Source of the DNA: an uncultured Bacteroidales bacterium
Lineage (GTDB): Bacteria; Bacteroidota; Bacteroidia; Bacteroidales; Bacteroidaceae
Length of the DNA stretch: 64,000 nucleotides
Direction of reading: 5' to 3'
Assembly (NCBI GenBank): GCA_946060685.1
Contig: CAMGOT010000001.1
Coordinates: 62 to 64,061, forward strand
Part shown: in pieces, positions 38,694-49,542 of the stretch
Numbering within the stretch: the first letter of the stretch is position 1
Layout: every line of letters starts with the position of its first letter
Made by a program: the position numbers and the translations under genes
Notes under the pieces: generated by a model
What the model saw: only the letters and a program-made list of their open reading frames with translations
What the model was told of the DNA's origin: nothing
Databases searched by the model: none

Positions 38694-38797
38694 GATAAAA
38701 TAGGATATTAAGGTAATAGCGTTGTGTAGGGTCGGGATGAATGCGGAATGGCGGGGCTGTGGGCCCAGAGCCGGAGGAGGGGGCTGCCCGGAGAGAA

Positions 38798-39964
38798 TCA
38801 GTGGTAGATGCGGTTGTAGAGAATCAGGGCGTGGCGCGAAGGGTAGTAGGTGGCAAGGCTCAGGTTCTTCTCTTCGAGCGAGGCGAGAATCTCGCTGTAG
38901 GAATAGTGCTCGGCATCGTAGGCCACGACGGCCGTGCGCTCGGGGGCTGGCTGCCGCACATCGGAGAGGCAGGTGATGCGGGCGTTCCACTCCTCGCATT
39001 TCGACAGGATTTCCGCATGCGTGGCCTCCGGGCCGTAGTAGCAGATTTCCGTGGGCTGCTTGTCCTGCGACGGAGAGAGATAGTTGAGAAATTCCTTCCC
39101 CTGCTGCTTGACGAGGGCCATGCAGGCCTGTGCGATGATGGCCGTCTTGATGGGGAGGCTGAGGACGATGCTGGCACGGTGGTAGTGCTTCTTGAAGAAG
39201 ATGAGCATCGCCTCGTAGAACGTGTGGATATACTTGAAGGAACCCTTCTGCGTCGACTCCCCCTTATAGTGAAGGATGGGGGTGGGGAGGTACCAGTTCT
39301 CGAAGCCCGCGAGGAGGAGGCGATAGGAAAGGTCGATGTCCTCACCGTACATGAAGAAACGCTCGTCGAAGCCTCCGGTGAGGCGCAGGGCATCGTGGCG
39401 GCAGAACATGAAGGCACCGCTCACAATGTCGATGCGCGCCGCCGCGTGCTCGTCGAGGTAACGCATATAGTAGCGGCCCAGAAGGCGGTTCTTGGGAAAG
39501 AGGCTGCACAAGCCCGACATCTTGCAGAACGACACCCAGGGAGTGGGAAGGCCGCGACGCGATTCGAAGGAAAAGGCACCTTTCGAGGAGAGCATCCGGA
39601 CACCCATAGCACCCAGAAGGGGATGCTCCTCGGCAAAATGGAAGCAGGCGGAGAGCGTCTGCTCGGTGATGATGGTGTCGGGGTTGAGGAAAAGGATGTA
39701 GCGGCCGGTGGCCTTGCGCAAGGCCTGGTTGTTGGCACGGCCGAAACCCACGTTCTGATAGTTGGATATCAGATGGAGCCTGGGATAGCGGTGGGGAGGA
39801 AAACAGGCTCGAAGATACCCCACGGAATGGTCGGGAGAATGGTTGTCGACCACAAAAACCTCCACTTCCAACTGGCTTTTGCGGGCGGAGAGCCAAATGC
39901 TCTCCAGGCATTGCCGCAGATAATATCGGACGTTATATGAAACAATTATAACGGAAATATCCAT
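38798..39964 (-). CDS. GT2 family glycosyltransferase
   Basis: SVIIVSYN, VVDNHS, GFGRANN, LNPD, FFMYGED. Confidence 0.92.
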   Translation of the reverse strand: MDISVIIVSYNVRYYLRQCLESIWLSARKSQLEVEVFVVDNHSPDHSVGYLRACFPPHRYPRLHLISNYQNVGFGRANNQALRKATGRYILFLNPDTIITEQTLSACFHFAEEHPLLGAMGVRMLSSKGAFSFESRRGLPTPWVSFCKMSGLCSLFPKNRLLGRYYMRYLDEHAAARIDIVSGAFMFCRHDALRLTGGFDERFFMYGEDIDLSYRLLLAGFENWYLPTPILHYKGESTQKGSFKYIHTFYEAMLIFFKKHYHRASIVLSLPIKTAIIAQACMALVKQQGKEFLNYLSPSQDKQPTEICYYGPEATHAEILSKCEEWNARITCLSDVRQPAPERTAVVAYDAEHYSYSEILASLEEKNLSLATYYPSRHALILYNRIYH

Positions 39965-39986
39965 TTTTCAGGTAAAAATTTGGCTG

Positions 39987-40023
39987 CAAATTTACATATT
40001 ATTCTCTATATTTCTTAATTTTG
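39987..40023. promoter_or_regulatory. back-to-back -7 boxes (TAAATTTG minus; TAATTTTG plus)
   Basis: 39987-39994 and 40016-40023 within a 63-bp divergent spacer. Confidence 0.65.
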
Positions 40024-40027
40024 CGCC

Positions 40028-40657
40028 ATGAATTTAGAACAATTCCCCTCGAAACTTTTAGAACGTGCCGTTTCGGAGACCGCAAAACTGCCTGGAGTGG
40101 GCAGAAAATCAGCGTTAAGGCTGGTGTTGCACCTGTTGAGAAAGGATGCTTCGCAGACGCATGCACTCGCCGACAGCCTCCTCAGGCTCCGCGATGAAGT
40201 GAAGTATTGCGACTGCTGCCATAACATCGCCGACAGCGGAAGATGTGAAATATGCGCTAACCCGCAACGCGACAAATCCATCATCTGCGTGGTGGAAAAT
40301 GTACAGAACGTGATGGCGGTGGAAGCCACAGGGCAATTTCAGGGGGTGTATCATGTGCTGGGAGGAGTGATTAGCCCGATGGACGGCATCGGACCCTCCG
40401 ACCTGCAGATAGAATCCCTCCTGAAGCGCATCGCCGAGGGGGGAGTGAAGGAGGTGATTTTCGCCCTCAACCCCACGATGGAGGGCGACACGACGAATTT
40501 CTACATTTCACGGCGCATCGCCTCGCTCGGGCTGCCCGAAGGCAGCGTGAGGCTCTCCGTGCTGGCACGAGGCATTTGCGTGGGCGACGACCTGGAATAC
40601 ACCGACGAGGTGACGCTCGGAAGGAGCATCGTGGACCGGGTGGCACTGAAATCCTGA
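40028..40657 (+). CDS. recR: recombination mediator RecR
   Basis: [10 protein letters not shown]4 zinc finger, YHVLGG, TOPRIM NPTMEG, LEYTD. Confidence 0.97.
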   Translation: MNLEQFPSKLLERAVSETAKLPGVGRKSALRLVLHLLRKDASQTHALADSLLRLRDEVKYCDCCHNIADSGRCEICANPQRDKSIICVVENVQNVMAVEATGQFQGVYHVLGGVISPMDGIGPSDLQIESLLKRIAEGGVKEVIFALNPTMEGDTTNFYISRRIASLGLPEGSVRLSVLARGICVGDDLEYTDEVTLGRSIVDRVALKS

Positions 40658-40765
40658 AATCCTACCGGGAGGAAGTCCCGGGGAGCACGGAAGCCCGGGA
40701 ACCGCATGGACAGCCTGGAGGAAGCGTCGCCCCCACTTTTTGCCTAAACGGAAAATATCCTTGCT

Positions 40766-41182
40766 ATGAAATCAGTGAAAGTAATGTATGTGGCAGCCTT
40801 CTTTGCCGTGGCAGCCGTGTTTGCCCTTTTTGAATATGGAGTGCTTCCCCCTGCACTCATCCCCGACACGCCCGAAAACCGCTATGTCGTGGATGTGGTG
40901 GGAGCCCTCACGGGATTCGGAGGCGTAGTGCTGATTTTCTCCTTTATGAAACTGCCCTTCGTCAGGCGTGCCGTAGAGCAGGAGGATGCCGCACGGGCCT
41001 TGAAGGCGCGTGCGCGCTATGCACGGCTGCGCATCGCGGCGTGGCTGGTGCTGATGATCATCAACGTGGTGCTCTACTACGAGGCACCCATGACCAGCAA
41101 CCCCACCTATCAGGTGCTCGTGCTCTTCATCGCCGGAGTGTTCTGCTGGCCTGCCGAAGAGCGCGGAGGCGGAAAGGCATAG
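40766..41182 (+). CDS. hypothetical 4-TM membrane protein
   Basis: Four hydrophobic segments; coding-like codon usage. Confidence 0.7.
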   Translation: MKSVKVMYVAAFFAVAAVFALFEYGVLPPALIPDTPENRYVVDVVGALTGFGGVVLIFSFMKLPFVRRAVEQEDAARALKARARYARLRIAAWLVLMIINVVLYYEAPMTSNPTYQVLVLFIAGVFCWPAEERGGGKA

Positions 41183-41352
41183 GCGGCCGGCGATGCGCGG
41201 GCGGCGGAGGGAGGATGGAGAGGGAAGGCTGAAGAGGCTGCCATGGAGCCGGGCCTGGGCCAGAAGGCATGCTTTCACGGCACGGATGGCATACCGCGAT
41301 TCCTGTTTGTCGTTTTTTTTTACCCTATTTTTGTACTACATTTTTTTATATC

Positions 41353-41961
41353 ATGGAAATCAAGACAGCCGAGTTTCTCGTCTCTTCTTCGCGTGCCGAC
41401 CAGTGTCCGCCCGTGAACGGCAAACCCGAATATGCCTTCATCGGACGCTCGAACGTGGGGAAGAGCAGTCTCATCAATATGCTCACCCGAAAGAAAGGGC
41501 TGGCCATGACATCGGCCACTCCCGGAAAGACGCTGCTCATCAATCATTTCAGCATCAACCGGGGAGAATGGTATCTCGTGGACCTTCCGGGATATGGATA
41601 TGCCAAGCGGGGAAAGAAGGAGATGGAGCGGCTCACGAGCCTCATCTCTCATTACGTGTGCGGGCGCGAGGAACTGACGTGCCTCTTCGTGCTCATCGAC
41701 TCGCGCCTGACTCCACAGAAGATCGATCTCGAATTTATCGAGTGGCTGGGCGAGGAAGGCATACCGTTTGCCATCGTCTTTACCAAGAGCGACAAGAACA
41801 AGGCGGGCGAGCTGCGGAAAAATGTCGACACCTTCCTCCACACCCTGGAGGAGACGTGGGAGGAGCTGCCGCCGCATTTCATCACATCGAGCGAGAAGGG
41901 GCTGGGACGCAATGAACTCCTGGCATACATCGAGGAAATCAACGCAACGCTGGGCGAATGA
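41353..41961 (+). CDS. yihA: ribosome biogenesis GTPase YihA/YsxC
   Basis: [23 protein letters not shown]. Confidence 0.96.
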   Translation: MEIKTAEFLVSSSRADQCPPVNGKPEYAFIGRSNVGKSSLINMLTRKKGLAMTSATPGKTLLINHFSINRGEWYLVDLPGYGYAKRGKKEMERLTSLISHYVCGREELTCLFVLIDSRLTPQKIDLEFIEWLGEEGIPFAIVFTKSDKNKAGELRKNVDTFLHTLEETWEELPPHFITSSEKGLGRNELLAYIEEINATLGE

Positions 41962-43142
41962 AGGCGGGGACCGACAGCATACGGCAGGTGAAGATAGCCC
42001 TCGTGGTGGCGGCTGTGGCAATAGCCGTGGCATCGCTCGTCGTGAGCCATGCCCTCATACGCGACCTGCAGGAGGAGGAAGTGGAGAGGATGGAGGTATG
42101 GGCCGAAGCCATGCGCTCGCTCATCAGTGCCGACGAGACCACCGACCTCAGCCTGGTGCTGAAAGTCATCAACGGCAACAATTCCATTCCCCTCGTGGTG
42201 CTCGACGAGAGCGGCAGCGTCACTACCCACCGCAACCTTCACATTTCGGCCGCCACACCGCAGGATTCCCTCGCCGTGCTGGCAGAGCGCGTGGAGCGCA
42301 TGAAGCAGAACGGGGAGAAGATGACCGTGCCGCTGGCCCCCAATCCCGACTACGGAGTGAAGCGCGGCGCACGCCTGGAAATCTATTACGAGGATTCCCT
42401 CATCCTGCGGCGGCTGGCCTATTTCCCCTTCGTACAGTTGGGGGTAGTGGGACTTTTCGTCGTCATCGCCATCTTTGCACTCCTCTCCTCAAAGCGTGCG
42501 GAGCAGAACAAGGTGTGGGTGGGACTCTCCAAGGAGACCGCACATCAGCTCGGCACTCCCATATCCTCACTGATGGCATGGACCGAGGTGCTGGGTGAAC
42601 TGCACGAGGACGACGAGATGATCAGCGAGATGAAGAAGGACGTGAAGCGGCTTGAACTCATTGCCGACCGTTTCTCGAAAATCGGCAGCGTGCCGGAACT
42701 GAAGGTGGCCGACCTCTGCCCGGTGGTGGAGCACGTGATGACCTACATCCGCCGGCGCACGTCCGACGAGGTGCAGATGATTTGCCATTTCCCTCCGGAA
42801 GGCAAGGCCGCGCTGCCACTCTGCGCCCCGTTGCTCGAATGGGTCGTCGAGGTGCTCTGCAAGAATGCCATCGACGCGATGGCGGGGCGGGGGAGCATCA
42901 CCCTGAGCGTCTTCCGCGACGAATGGCATTGGGTGATAGAGATTGCCGACACGGGAAAAGGCATTCCCGGAAAGCACTTCAAGACGGTGTTCAAGCCGGG
43001 ATTCACCACCAAACAGCGGGGATGGGGCCTGGGACTCTCGCTGGCGAAGCGCATCGTGGAGGAGTACCACCACGGCAGGATATTCGTGAAATGCTCGGAG
43101 ATAGGGCGCGGCACGACGTTCCGCATCGAACTGAATGCCTGA
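41958..43142 (+). CDS. orphan sensor histidine kinase (possibly PorY-like)
   Basis: Two TMs, [10 protein letters not shown]-box, KNAIDA, DTGKG, GWGLGL. Confidence 0.9.
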   Translation: MKAGTDSIRQVKIALVVAAVAIAVASLVVSHALIRDLQEEEVERMEVWAEAMRSLISADETTDLSLVLKVINGNNSIPLVVLDESGSVTTHRNLHISAATPQDSLAVLAERVERMKQNGEKMTVPLAPNPDYGVKRGARLEIYYEDSLILRRLAYFPFVQLGVVGLFVVIAIFALLSSKRAEQNKVWVGLSKETAHQLGTPISSLMAWTEVLGELHEDDEMISEMKKDVKRLELIADRFSKIGSVPELKVADLCPVVEHVMTYIRRRTSDEVQMICHFPPEGKAALPLCAPLLEWVVEVLCKNAIDAMAGRGSITLSVFRDEWHWVIEIADTGKGIPGKHFKTVFKPGFTTKQRGWGLGLSLAKRIVEEYHHGRIFVKCSEIGRGTTFRIELNA

Positions 43143-43337
43143 AGCCGCCTGCCATGAGCACTGGCACGGGAGGCCGGCCCGGCGGACGCGCAATTGGTGA
43201 CTTCGGCAGGCGATTCGGCGGCATGGACGGGAAAAAGCGGAGTTTTCGGCGTTTTTTCATCCCTTTATAGCGTATATTCCTTATTTTCTTGCGAAATTTG
43301 CACGGATTTTTTGCACAACCATCACTATTACTACACC

Positions 43338-43763
43338 ATGAAGCGCATACTCTCCATCGACTACGGCAAGCGCCGCACGGGAATCGCCGTGACGGACCCC
43401 TTGCAGATCATTGCAGGAGGACTGACCACCGTCGACACTAGGGAACTGCTGAAATTCCTGAAGGACTACGTAGGGCGGGAGCCTGTGGAGACCATCGTCG
43501 TAGGACTTCCCGTGCAGCCCAACGGCGCGCCTTCCGAAAACCAAAGCCGCGTGAGATGCTTCACGGGCGAACTGAAGAAAGCCCTGCCGGAGGTGGAAGT
43601 CGTGTTCTACGACGAGCGATACACCTCCGTGCTGGCACAGCAGGCGATGATTGCTTCGGGAATCGGAAAGAAGCGGAGAAGGGAGGACAAGGGACTGGTG
43701 GACGAGATTTCCGCCACCATCATCCTGCAGAATTTCCTGGAGCAAAAAAAGCTGGGACATTGA
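43338..43763 (+). CDS. ruvX: YqgF/RuvX pre-16S rRNA nuclease
   Basis: IDYGKRRTGIA, VVGLP, DERYTS, VDEISATIIL. Confidence 0.95.
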   Translation: MKRILSIDYGKRRTGIAVTDPLQIIAGGLTTVDTRELLKFLKDYVGREPVETIVVGLPVQPNGAPSENQSRVRCFTGELKKALPEVEVVFYDERYTSVLAQQAMIASGIGKKRRREDKGLVDEISATIILQNFLEQKKLGH

Positions 43764-43859
43764 CTTTCGGACACCGGAAGCCCGACTCCGCCATACTTCA
43801 CGACGGCACTCTCCTGGCGAAACACACCTTTTTATGAATATTCATCTACCAAGCAAAAT

Positions 43860-44414
43860 ATGATCTATCCTATTTTTACCTACGGGCAACCCGTGCTGCG
43901 ACAGGTGGCACAGGATATCGAGAAAGACTATCCCGAACTGCAGACGCTGATTGACGATATGTTCGAGACGATGTATCACAGTCAGGGCGTGGGGCTTGCT
44001 GCACCCCAGATAGGGCTTCCCATCCGCGTTGTCGTCATCACGCTCGACTGCCTCTCGGAGGATTATCCTGAATACAAGGATTTCAACGAGGCCTACATCA
44101 ATCCCCACATCGTGGAATTTGACGAGAGCGAGACCAAGCTGATGGACGAGGGCTGCCTGTCGCTGCCAGGTATCAACGAGCCCGTGCGACGCCCCACGCG
44201 CATACGTGTGAAATACACAGACCGCGAGTGGAACGAGCACGATGAGTGGGTGGAGGGCTATCTGGCCCGGGTCATGCAGCATGAGTTCGACCATCTGGAA
44301 GGCAAGGTGTTCACCGACCGCATATCGCCGCTCCGCAAGCAGCTCATCAAGAAAAAACTTTCCTCCCTGCTCGCAGGAAAGTTCAGCTGCAGCTACAAGA
44401 CGAAGCGGAAATGA
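43860..44414 (+). CDS. def: peptide deformylase
   Basis: GVGLAAPQ, EGCLS, QHEFDHLEG. Confidence 0.98.
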   Translation: MIYPIFTYGQPVLRQVAQDIEKDYPELQTLIDDMFETMYHSQGVGLAAPQIGLPIRVVVITLDCLSEDYPEYKDFNEAYINPHIVEFDESETKLMDEGCLSLPGINEPVRRPTRIRVKYTDREWNEHDEWVEGYLARVMQHEFDHLEGKVFTDRISPLRKQLIKKKLSSLLAGKFSCSYKTKRK

Positions 44415-44488
44415 AGCCCGAGCATCGGCATCTCCCCCCGTGTGGGGCATCGGCATGATGCCTCCATCATCCATCCCTCATCTCCTAC

Positions 44489-46213
44489 ATGAAAATCAAC
44501 GTACTGCATCATATCGCACGAATGGCAGCAGGTAAAGGCCGGGGTCTTTGCCTGCTGCTTTTGTGGTTTCTCGCAACCCCCTGTGCCACCGCGCAGGTGA
44601 ACACGCAGCAGGTGATGCTGATGGGGCGCGCGGCATTGTACTACGACGACTATGTGACTGCCATTCAGTATTTCAACACCGTGCTGGAGGCAAAGCCCTA
44701 TCTGTCCGATGCCTTCTACTATCGGGCGGTGGCTAAATTCTCGTTGGAGGACTATGAGAGTGCGGAGCACGACCTTCAGCAGGCGGTGCTCTTCAATCCT
44801 TTCCGCATGGAATACTATCAGCTGAGGGGATTGTGCCGCATTCATACCCAGGACTATGAAGGGGCCATTGCCGACTACACCAAATCCCTGGCCGAAAATC
44901 CCAAGGACCAGACCGCCATCTACAACCGCGTGCTCTGCAGGCTGGAACTGAAGGATGTCGAGAGGGCCGACAAGGAGCTCGACACGCTGCTGGCCTACTG
45001 GCCCAAACTCACGCGAGCCTATCTCGTGAAGGCACAGGTGTGCATGGAGCGTCACGACACGCTGGAAAGCCTCCGCTGGGTGGACTCGCTGCTCAATATC
45101 AATGCGCGCGAGCATGCCGCATGGGCCTTCAAGGGACGATATGCCCTGCAGCACGACCAGCTGGAACTCGCCGACTCCTGCTACACGCAGGCCCTGCGAT
45201 ACGAGAAGGGAAATGCCGACTATTATCTGGAGCGGGCACAGGTGCGCAATGCCCAGAGCCGCTACAATCTGGCCATGGCCGATTATGACCGCGTGATAGA
45301 AATGATACCACAGCATTTCGTGGCACACTATAACCGCGGACTCATCCGTGCCTTCGTCGGCGATGACAACCGGGCTATCGAGGATTTCGACTTCGTCATC
45401 AGCCAGGAGCCCGACAATGTGCTTGCCATCTACAACCGTGCCGAACTTCGGCGCAATGTGGGCGACTATCGGGGAGCCATCGCCGACTATTCGTCCTTGA
45501 TTGAGGAATATCCCGCTTTCGTCTACGGTTATGCCCAGCGGTCGCAATGCTATCGTGCCATCGGCGACGAAAGGCGTGCCATGCGCGATGAAACCGTCGT
45601 GCGCAAGGCCGACTATGACCTCATCTTCGGCAATGGACAGCGGAGGCCGCTCAAGAGTGTCAGAAAGCGTTCGGAGAAAGCCTTGGAGCAATATGACCAG
45701 CTTGTGGAGGAAGATGCCGACACCACACATAGCTATCTGAGCGAGTTTGCCGGAAAGGTGCAGAACCGCAAGGTGGAGCGTGTGTTTATACCGCCCTATC
45801 ATTCCGAAGGGCAGCAGTTCGTCACCGAGAGCCGGCGCATGCCCCTCTTCATTGCCGACGATGCACTCAAGGCCATCGTGGACAGTGCCAGCGTGCTGCA
45901 TCGCGGCGGACGGACGGAGAAGGCTCTGGCCCTGCTCCGTGATGCCACGGCAGGAAAATATGCCGCAGAGGCCGTGCTGCACTACAACATCGGATGCCTT
46001 GAAGCTGAGGCCGGAAGTCTGGATGCGGCCGAGACGGCCTTCAGCCGTGCCTTCGAACTGGATGGGAAATTGGCGGAGGCACTCTATAACCGTGCCGTCG
46101 TATATCTCCTGCTCGGACGTGACGACGAAGCCCTGCCCCTGCTTTCGAAAGCCGGGGAAATGGGGCTGTACAAGGCCTACAACCTCCTGAAACAGGCAAA
46201 AAAGAAGAAATAG
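44489..46213 (+). CDS. exported TPR-repeat protein
   Basis: Signal peptide and many TPRs (AFYYRA, YNRG..AIED). Confidence 0.88.
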   Translation: MKINVLHHIARMAAGKGRGLCLLLLWFLATPCATAQVNTQQVMLMGRAALYYDDYVTAIQYFNTVLEAKPYLSDAFYYRAVAKFSLEDYESAEHDLQQAVLFNPFRMEYYQLRGLCRIHTQDYEGAIADYTKSLAENPKDQTAIYNRVLCRLELKDVERADKELDTLLAYWPKLTRAYLVKAQVCMERHDTLESLRWVDSLLNINAREHAAWAFKGRYALQHDQLELADSCYTQALRYEKGNADYYLERAQVRNAQSRYNLAMADYDRVIEMIPQHFVAHYNRGLIRAFVGDDNRAIEDFDFVISQEPDNVLAIYNRAELRRNVGDYRGAIADYSSLIEEYPAFVYGYAQRSQCYRAIGDERRAMRDETVVRKADYDLIFGNGQRRPLKSVRKRSEKALEQYDQLVEEDADTTHSYLSEFAGKVQNRKVERVFIPPYHSEGQQFVTESRRMPLFIADDALKAIVDSASVLHRGGRTEKALALLRDATAGKYAAEAVLHYNIGCLEAEAGSLDAAETAFSRAFELDGKLAEALYNRAVVYLLLGRDDEALPLLSKAGEMGLYKAYNLLKQAKKKK

Positions 46214-46264
46214 AAGGGGGGAACAACACTCCTCCTGAGATTCGGAAAAAGAAAGAAAGGAACA

Positions 46265-48181
46265 ATGACAGGACAGAGGCAGAAAATAGAACTTCTGGCA
46301 CCCGCAAAGAATGTGGAGACTGGCATGGAAGCCATACGCCATGGTGCCGATGCCGTGTATATCGGAGGTCCGGGCTTTGGGGCGCGGGCTGCTGCCGGCA
46401 ATAGTGTGGAGGATGTGGAGCGGCTGTGCCGGTATGCCCATGTGTTCGGCGCAAAGGTCTACGTGACGCTCAATACCATCCTCTACGACGATGAGCTCCC
46501 GGCTGTCGAGGCACTCGTCGGGCAGCTGTACGAGGCTGGCGTGGATGCCCTCATCACCCAGGATCTGGCCTTGCTCGCCATGCACCTTCCTCCCATCGCC
46601 CTCCATGCCTCTACCCAGATGGACAACTGCACGCCCGAGCGGGCGGCCATGCTGGAGAAGGCCGGATTCTCGCAGATTGTCGTGGCGCGCGAACTCTCGC
46701 TGGCACAGATTCAGGACATCCATGCCGCCACCACGCTTCCGCTGGAAGCCTTTGTGCATGGTGCGCTCTGCGTCAGCTATTCCGGGAGATGCTATGCCTC
46801 GGAGTATTGCTTCGGACGTTCTGCCAACCGTGGTCGCTGCGCACAGTTCTGCCGGCTGGCATTCGACCTCGTGGATGCCGATGGCAGCGTGGTGGAAGTG
46901 GGGAGGACGACGACCGGAGGCAAAGGCATCACCACAGGGGAGGGGGCGATGAGGATGGAAAACCGCCATTTCCTCTCCCTGCGCGATATGAACCGCTCCG
47001 GGCACCTGGAGCAGATGATGGATGCTGGAGTGAGAAGTTTCAAGATTGAGGGCAGGCTGAAGGATATGGCCTACGTGAAGAACGTCACGGCCTATTACCG
47101 CCGTGCCATCGATGCCGTGCTGGAACGCCGTGGGGCCGACTATGAGCGGGCATCGGACGGCAACATCCACCTGACGTTCGTGCCGCAGCTGGCGAAGAGT
47201 TTCAACCGTGGCTTCACCGCCTATTTCCTGAAGGGACGTACGCCCGACTTGTGGAATTTCACGACACCGAAGTCGATGGGCGAGCAGGTGGGATGCGTGG
47301 AGCGAGTGGGACGGCGGTCGCTCACGGTGCTGCTGGAGCATCATGTCGATGCGCTGCACAATGGCGACGGACTCTGCTTTGCAGGACATTCCGGACTGAC
47401 GGGATTCCGGGTGAATCGCGTGGAGATGACGGATGGAGGCAGGAGGGCCGAGGTGTTTCCGCCCAGGATGCCGGAGGTACGCCCGGGCGATGTCATTTTC
47501 CGCAATGAGGACCGTGAGTGGGAGACGCAGCTTTCCCGTCCCACCGCCGAACGGCGTCTGCCCCTTTCGTTCCGCCTGGAGGAGACTCCGCAGGGCTATC
47601 GACTCGTGGTCAGAGCCAGGGGGGCAGAGGTGGCGGTAGAGATTCCCGCCGAGCACCAATGTGCCGAAAAGCCACAGAAGGAACAGCTGTGCCGGCAGCT
47701 TGCCAAACTGGGCGACACGCCCTTTGTGCCGGACGGCGTGGAGGTGCTGACTGCGGGGGAGCGTTTCATCCCCGCATCCATCGTGGCCGCTGCACGAAGG
47801 GAGGCCGTAGGGCGGCTGGAGAAAGAGCTGTGCGAACGGCATCTTCGGCAGCGTGATGTGCGCAGGAAGGCTCAGGAACTCGATTTCAGCGGAGTGGCGT
47901 TCAGCTATCAGGCCAATGTGGCCAATGCTCTGGGCAGGCGATGGCTGCTGCAGCGGGGGGCTGAGCGTGTGGCACCGGCCTTCGAAATCCGGCAGCCCCG
48001 TCATGCCGTGATCATGACGTGCCGCCATTGCCTGCGATATGCCTTGGGGCAATGTCCGCGTGCGACGGGGCAGCAGCCATCCTGGAAAGAGCCGCTGTCG
48101 CTGCGGCTGCCCGATGGCCGTGCGTTCCCCCTCGTCTTTGACTGTCGTCATTGTGAAATGCAAGTACTTGCGCCCCGATGA
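46265..48181 (+). CDS. U32 family protein with DUF3656 (RlhA-like 23S rRNA hydroxylation)
   Basis: ELLAPA, GADAVYIG, HASTQ, HGALCVSYSGRC..SANRGRCAQFCR, FKIEGR; C-terminal Cys cluster. Confidence 0.88.
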   Translation: MTGQRQKIELLAPAKNVETGMEAIRHGADAVYIGGPGFGARAAAGNSVEDVERLCRYAHVFGAKVYVTLNTILYDDELPAVEALVGQLYEAGVDALITQDLALLAMHLPPIALHASTQMDNCTPERAAMLEKAGFSQIVVARELSLAQIQDIHAATTLPLEAFVHGALCVSYSGRCYASEYCFGRSANRGRCAQFCRLAFDLVDADGSVVEVGRTTTGGKGITTGEGAMRMENRHFLSLRDMNRSGHLEQMMDAGVRSFKIEGRLKDMAYVKNVTAYYRRAIDAVLERRGADYERASDGNIHLTFVPQLAKSFNRGFTAYFLKGRTPDLWNFTTPKSMGEQVGCVERVGRRSLTVLLEHHVDALHNGDGLCFAGHSGLTGFRVNRVEMTDGGRRAEVFPPRMPEVRPGDVIFRNEDREWETQLSRPTAERRLPLSFRLEETPQGYRLVVRARGAEVAVEIPAEHQCAEKPQKEQLCRQLAKLGDTPFVPDGVEVLTAGERFIPASIVAAARREAVGRLEKELCERHLRQRDVRRKAQELDFSGVAFSYQANVANALGRRWLLQRGAERVAPAFEIRQPRHAVIMTCRHCLRYALGQCPRATGQQPSWKEPLSLRLPDGRAFPLVFDCRHCEMQVLAPR

Positions 48182-48297
48182 TGGCCCCCTGTTCGTCAGC
48201 ATCCACACCTCCTCTGGTTTGGGGGATAAAAAAAGAGGGAACGGCTGTTGTGTCCCCTCAAATAATCCGGCCATCCCATATCTCGTATAGCTATTAA

Positions 48298-48489
48298 GGT
48301 GGGTTCTATAAATTCCCGCCGTCAAAAATAGTATTAATTGTGGGTGACGTTTTGTCATCTTTTGGGTGCTGCCTCGGCTCAAATCGCAAGTTAAATCGGT
48401 CATGTAGCTCGCTACACTCCCTCTTTAACTTACAATTTGAACTCGAAAATAACTCCAAAATCTGACAAAGCGAATTTATAGAACCCACC
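48298..48489. mobile_element. MITE-like element B (192 bp)
   Basis: Perfect 18-bp TIR GGTGGGTTCTATAAATTC / GAATTTATAGAACCCACC flanked by TTAA on both sides; central TGTAGC-TC-GCTACA hairpin. Confidence 0.8.
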
Positions 48490-48502
48490 TTAAAAAAAGA
48501 AA

Positions 48503-49480
48503 ATGTTGTTACGTCTGCTATCCCTCCTGCTTCTTGTGCTTTCGATGGCCTCCTGCCGTCGCGACCATCCCCAGTGTGTCGACCCTTGGGCCACCGCGGG
48601 TATCGATTCTGTGGCATTCCGTCATGATCATCACTACTGGAAGAACTTTAATCTTGTGGTGACCGACAGCATTCCCCTCGAAGCCTGCATTCCCGGGGAG
48701 ATGGCCAGCATTTTCGCCCCCGACAGTATCGTGTTGCACGCCGACGATGAAATCGTGGTGGCCAACCTTGCCGTCGTGCCTGCGGATTCCGTCGACAGTA
48801 TATGGGTGATGGTGGCGCGCGACCAGCTTTCGATGGGGTGGGTACGCGAGGCCTGTCTGCTGGAGCGCAGTGTCCCCGACAATGTCATCTCGCGGTTCAT
48901 TCATCAGTTTTCCGACAGCCGTTTCCTCGTATTGCTCACCTGCCTGTGTCTGGCTTTCGGTGTATTCATCATCCAGCGTTTCCGCAAGGAGCATTTCCTC
49001 CTTGTACATTTCAACGATATCCGCAGTTTTTATCCCACATTGCTATGCCTGAGCATGAGTTGTGCTGCGGCATTCTATGGCAGCATTCAGAATTTCTGCC
49101 CTGAAGTGTGGAAAGAGTTTTTCTTTCATCCCTCGTTGAATCCCCTCGGTCAGCCCCGTGTCATCATGCTGTTTTTGCTGAACGTATGGTTTCTTGTTGT
49201 GGTGTTTGTAGCCGTGGTGGATGATATGCGCAAGCAGCCCGATGTGGTGAATGGTGTGTCGTATATGATATCCCTCTGCGGTTTCTGCATGTCGCTCTAT
49301 CTGTTCTTCAGCGTCTCGGTGCAGTATTATGTCGGCTATGTGGTGTTGCCTGCGTATTGGGCCTTTGCCCTCCATCGCTATTTTCGCCACAATACCATCC
49401 TCTATTATTGCGGGCATTGCGGCGAGCCTCTCCATACATTGGGCAAATGCCCGAAGTGCGGAGTGGTGAATGAGCGTTGA
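48503..49480 (+). CDS. membrane lipoprotein with C-terminal zinc ribbon
   Basis: MASC lipobox, ~5 TMs, CGHCG..CPKCG. Confidence 0.8.
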   Translation: MLLRLLSLLLLVLSMASCRRDHPQCVDPWATAGIDSVAFRHDHHYWKNFNLVVTDSIPLEACIPGEMASIFAPDSIVLHADDEIVVANLAVVPADSVDSIWVMVARDQLSMGWVREACLLERSVPDNVISRFIHQFSDSRFLVLLTCLCLAFGVFIIQRFRKEHFLLVHFNDIRSFYPTLLCLSMSCAAAFYGSIQNFCPEVWKEFFFHPSLNPLGQPRVIMLFLLNVWFLVVVFVAVVDDMRKQPDVVNGVSYMISLCGFCMSLYLFFSVSVQYYVGYVVLPAYWAFALHRYFRHNTILYYCGHCGEPLHTLGKCPKCGVVNER

Positions 49481-49542
49481 CGGGAGGATGCCCGGAGGTC
49501 CGGATGGGCGGAAAGCCCCGTTTCTTGAGGGGACGGACGATG

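Noticed and set aside
46890-46960. Gly/Thr-rich insertion in the U32 protein as an intein or mobile insert
   Set aside because: Short (under 20 aa) with no splicing motifs; ordinary loop expansion
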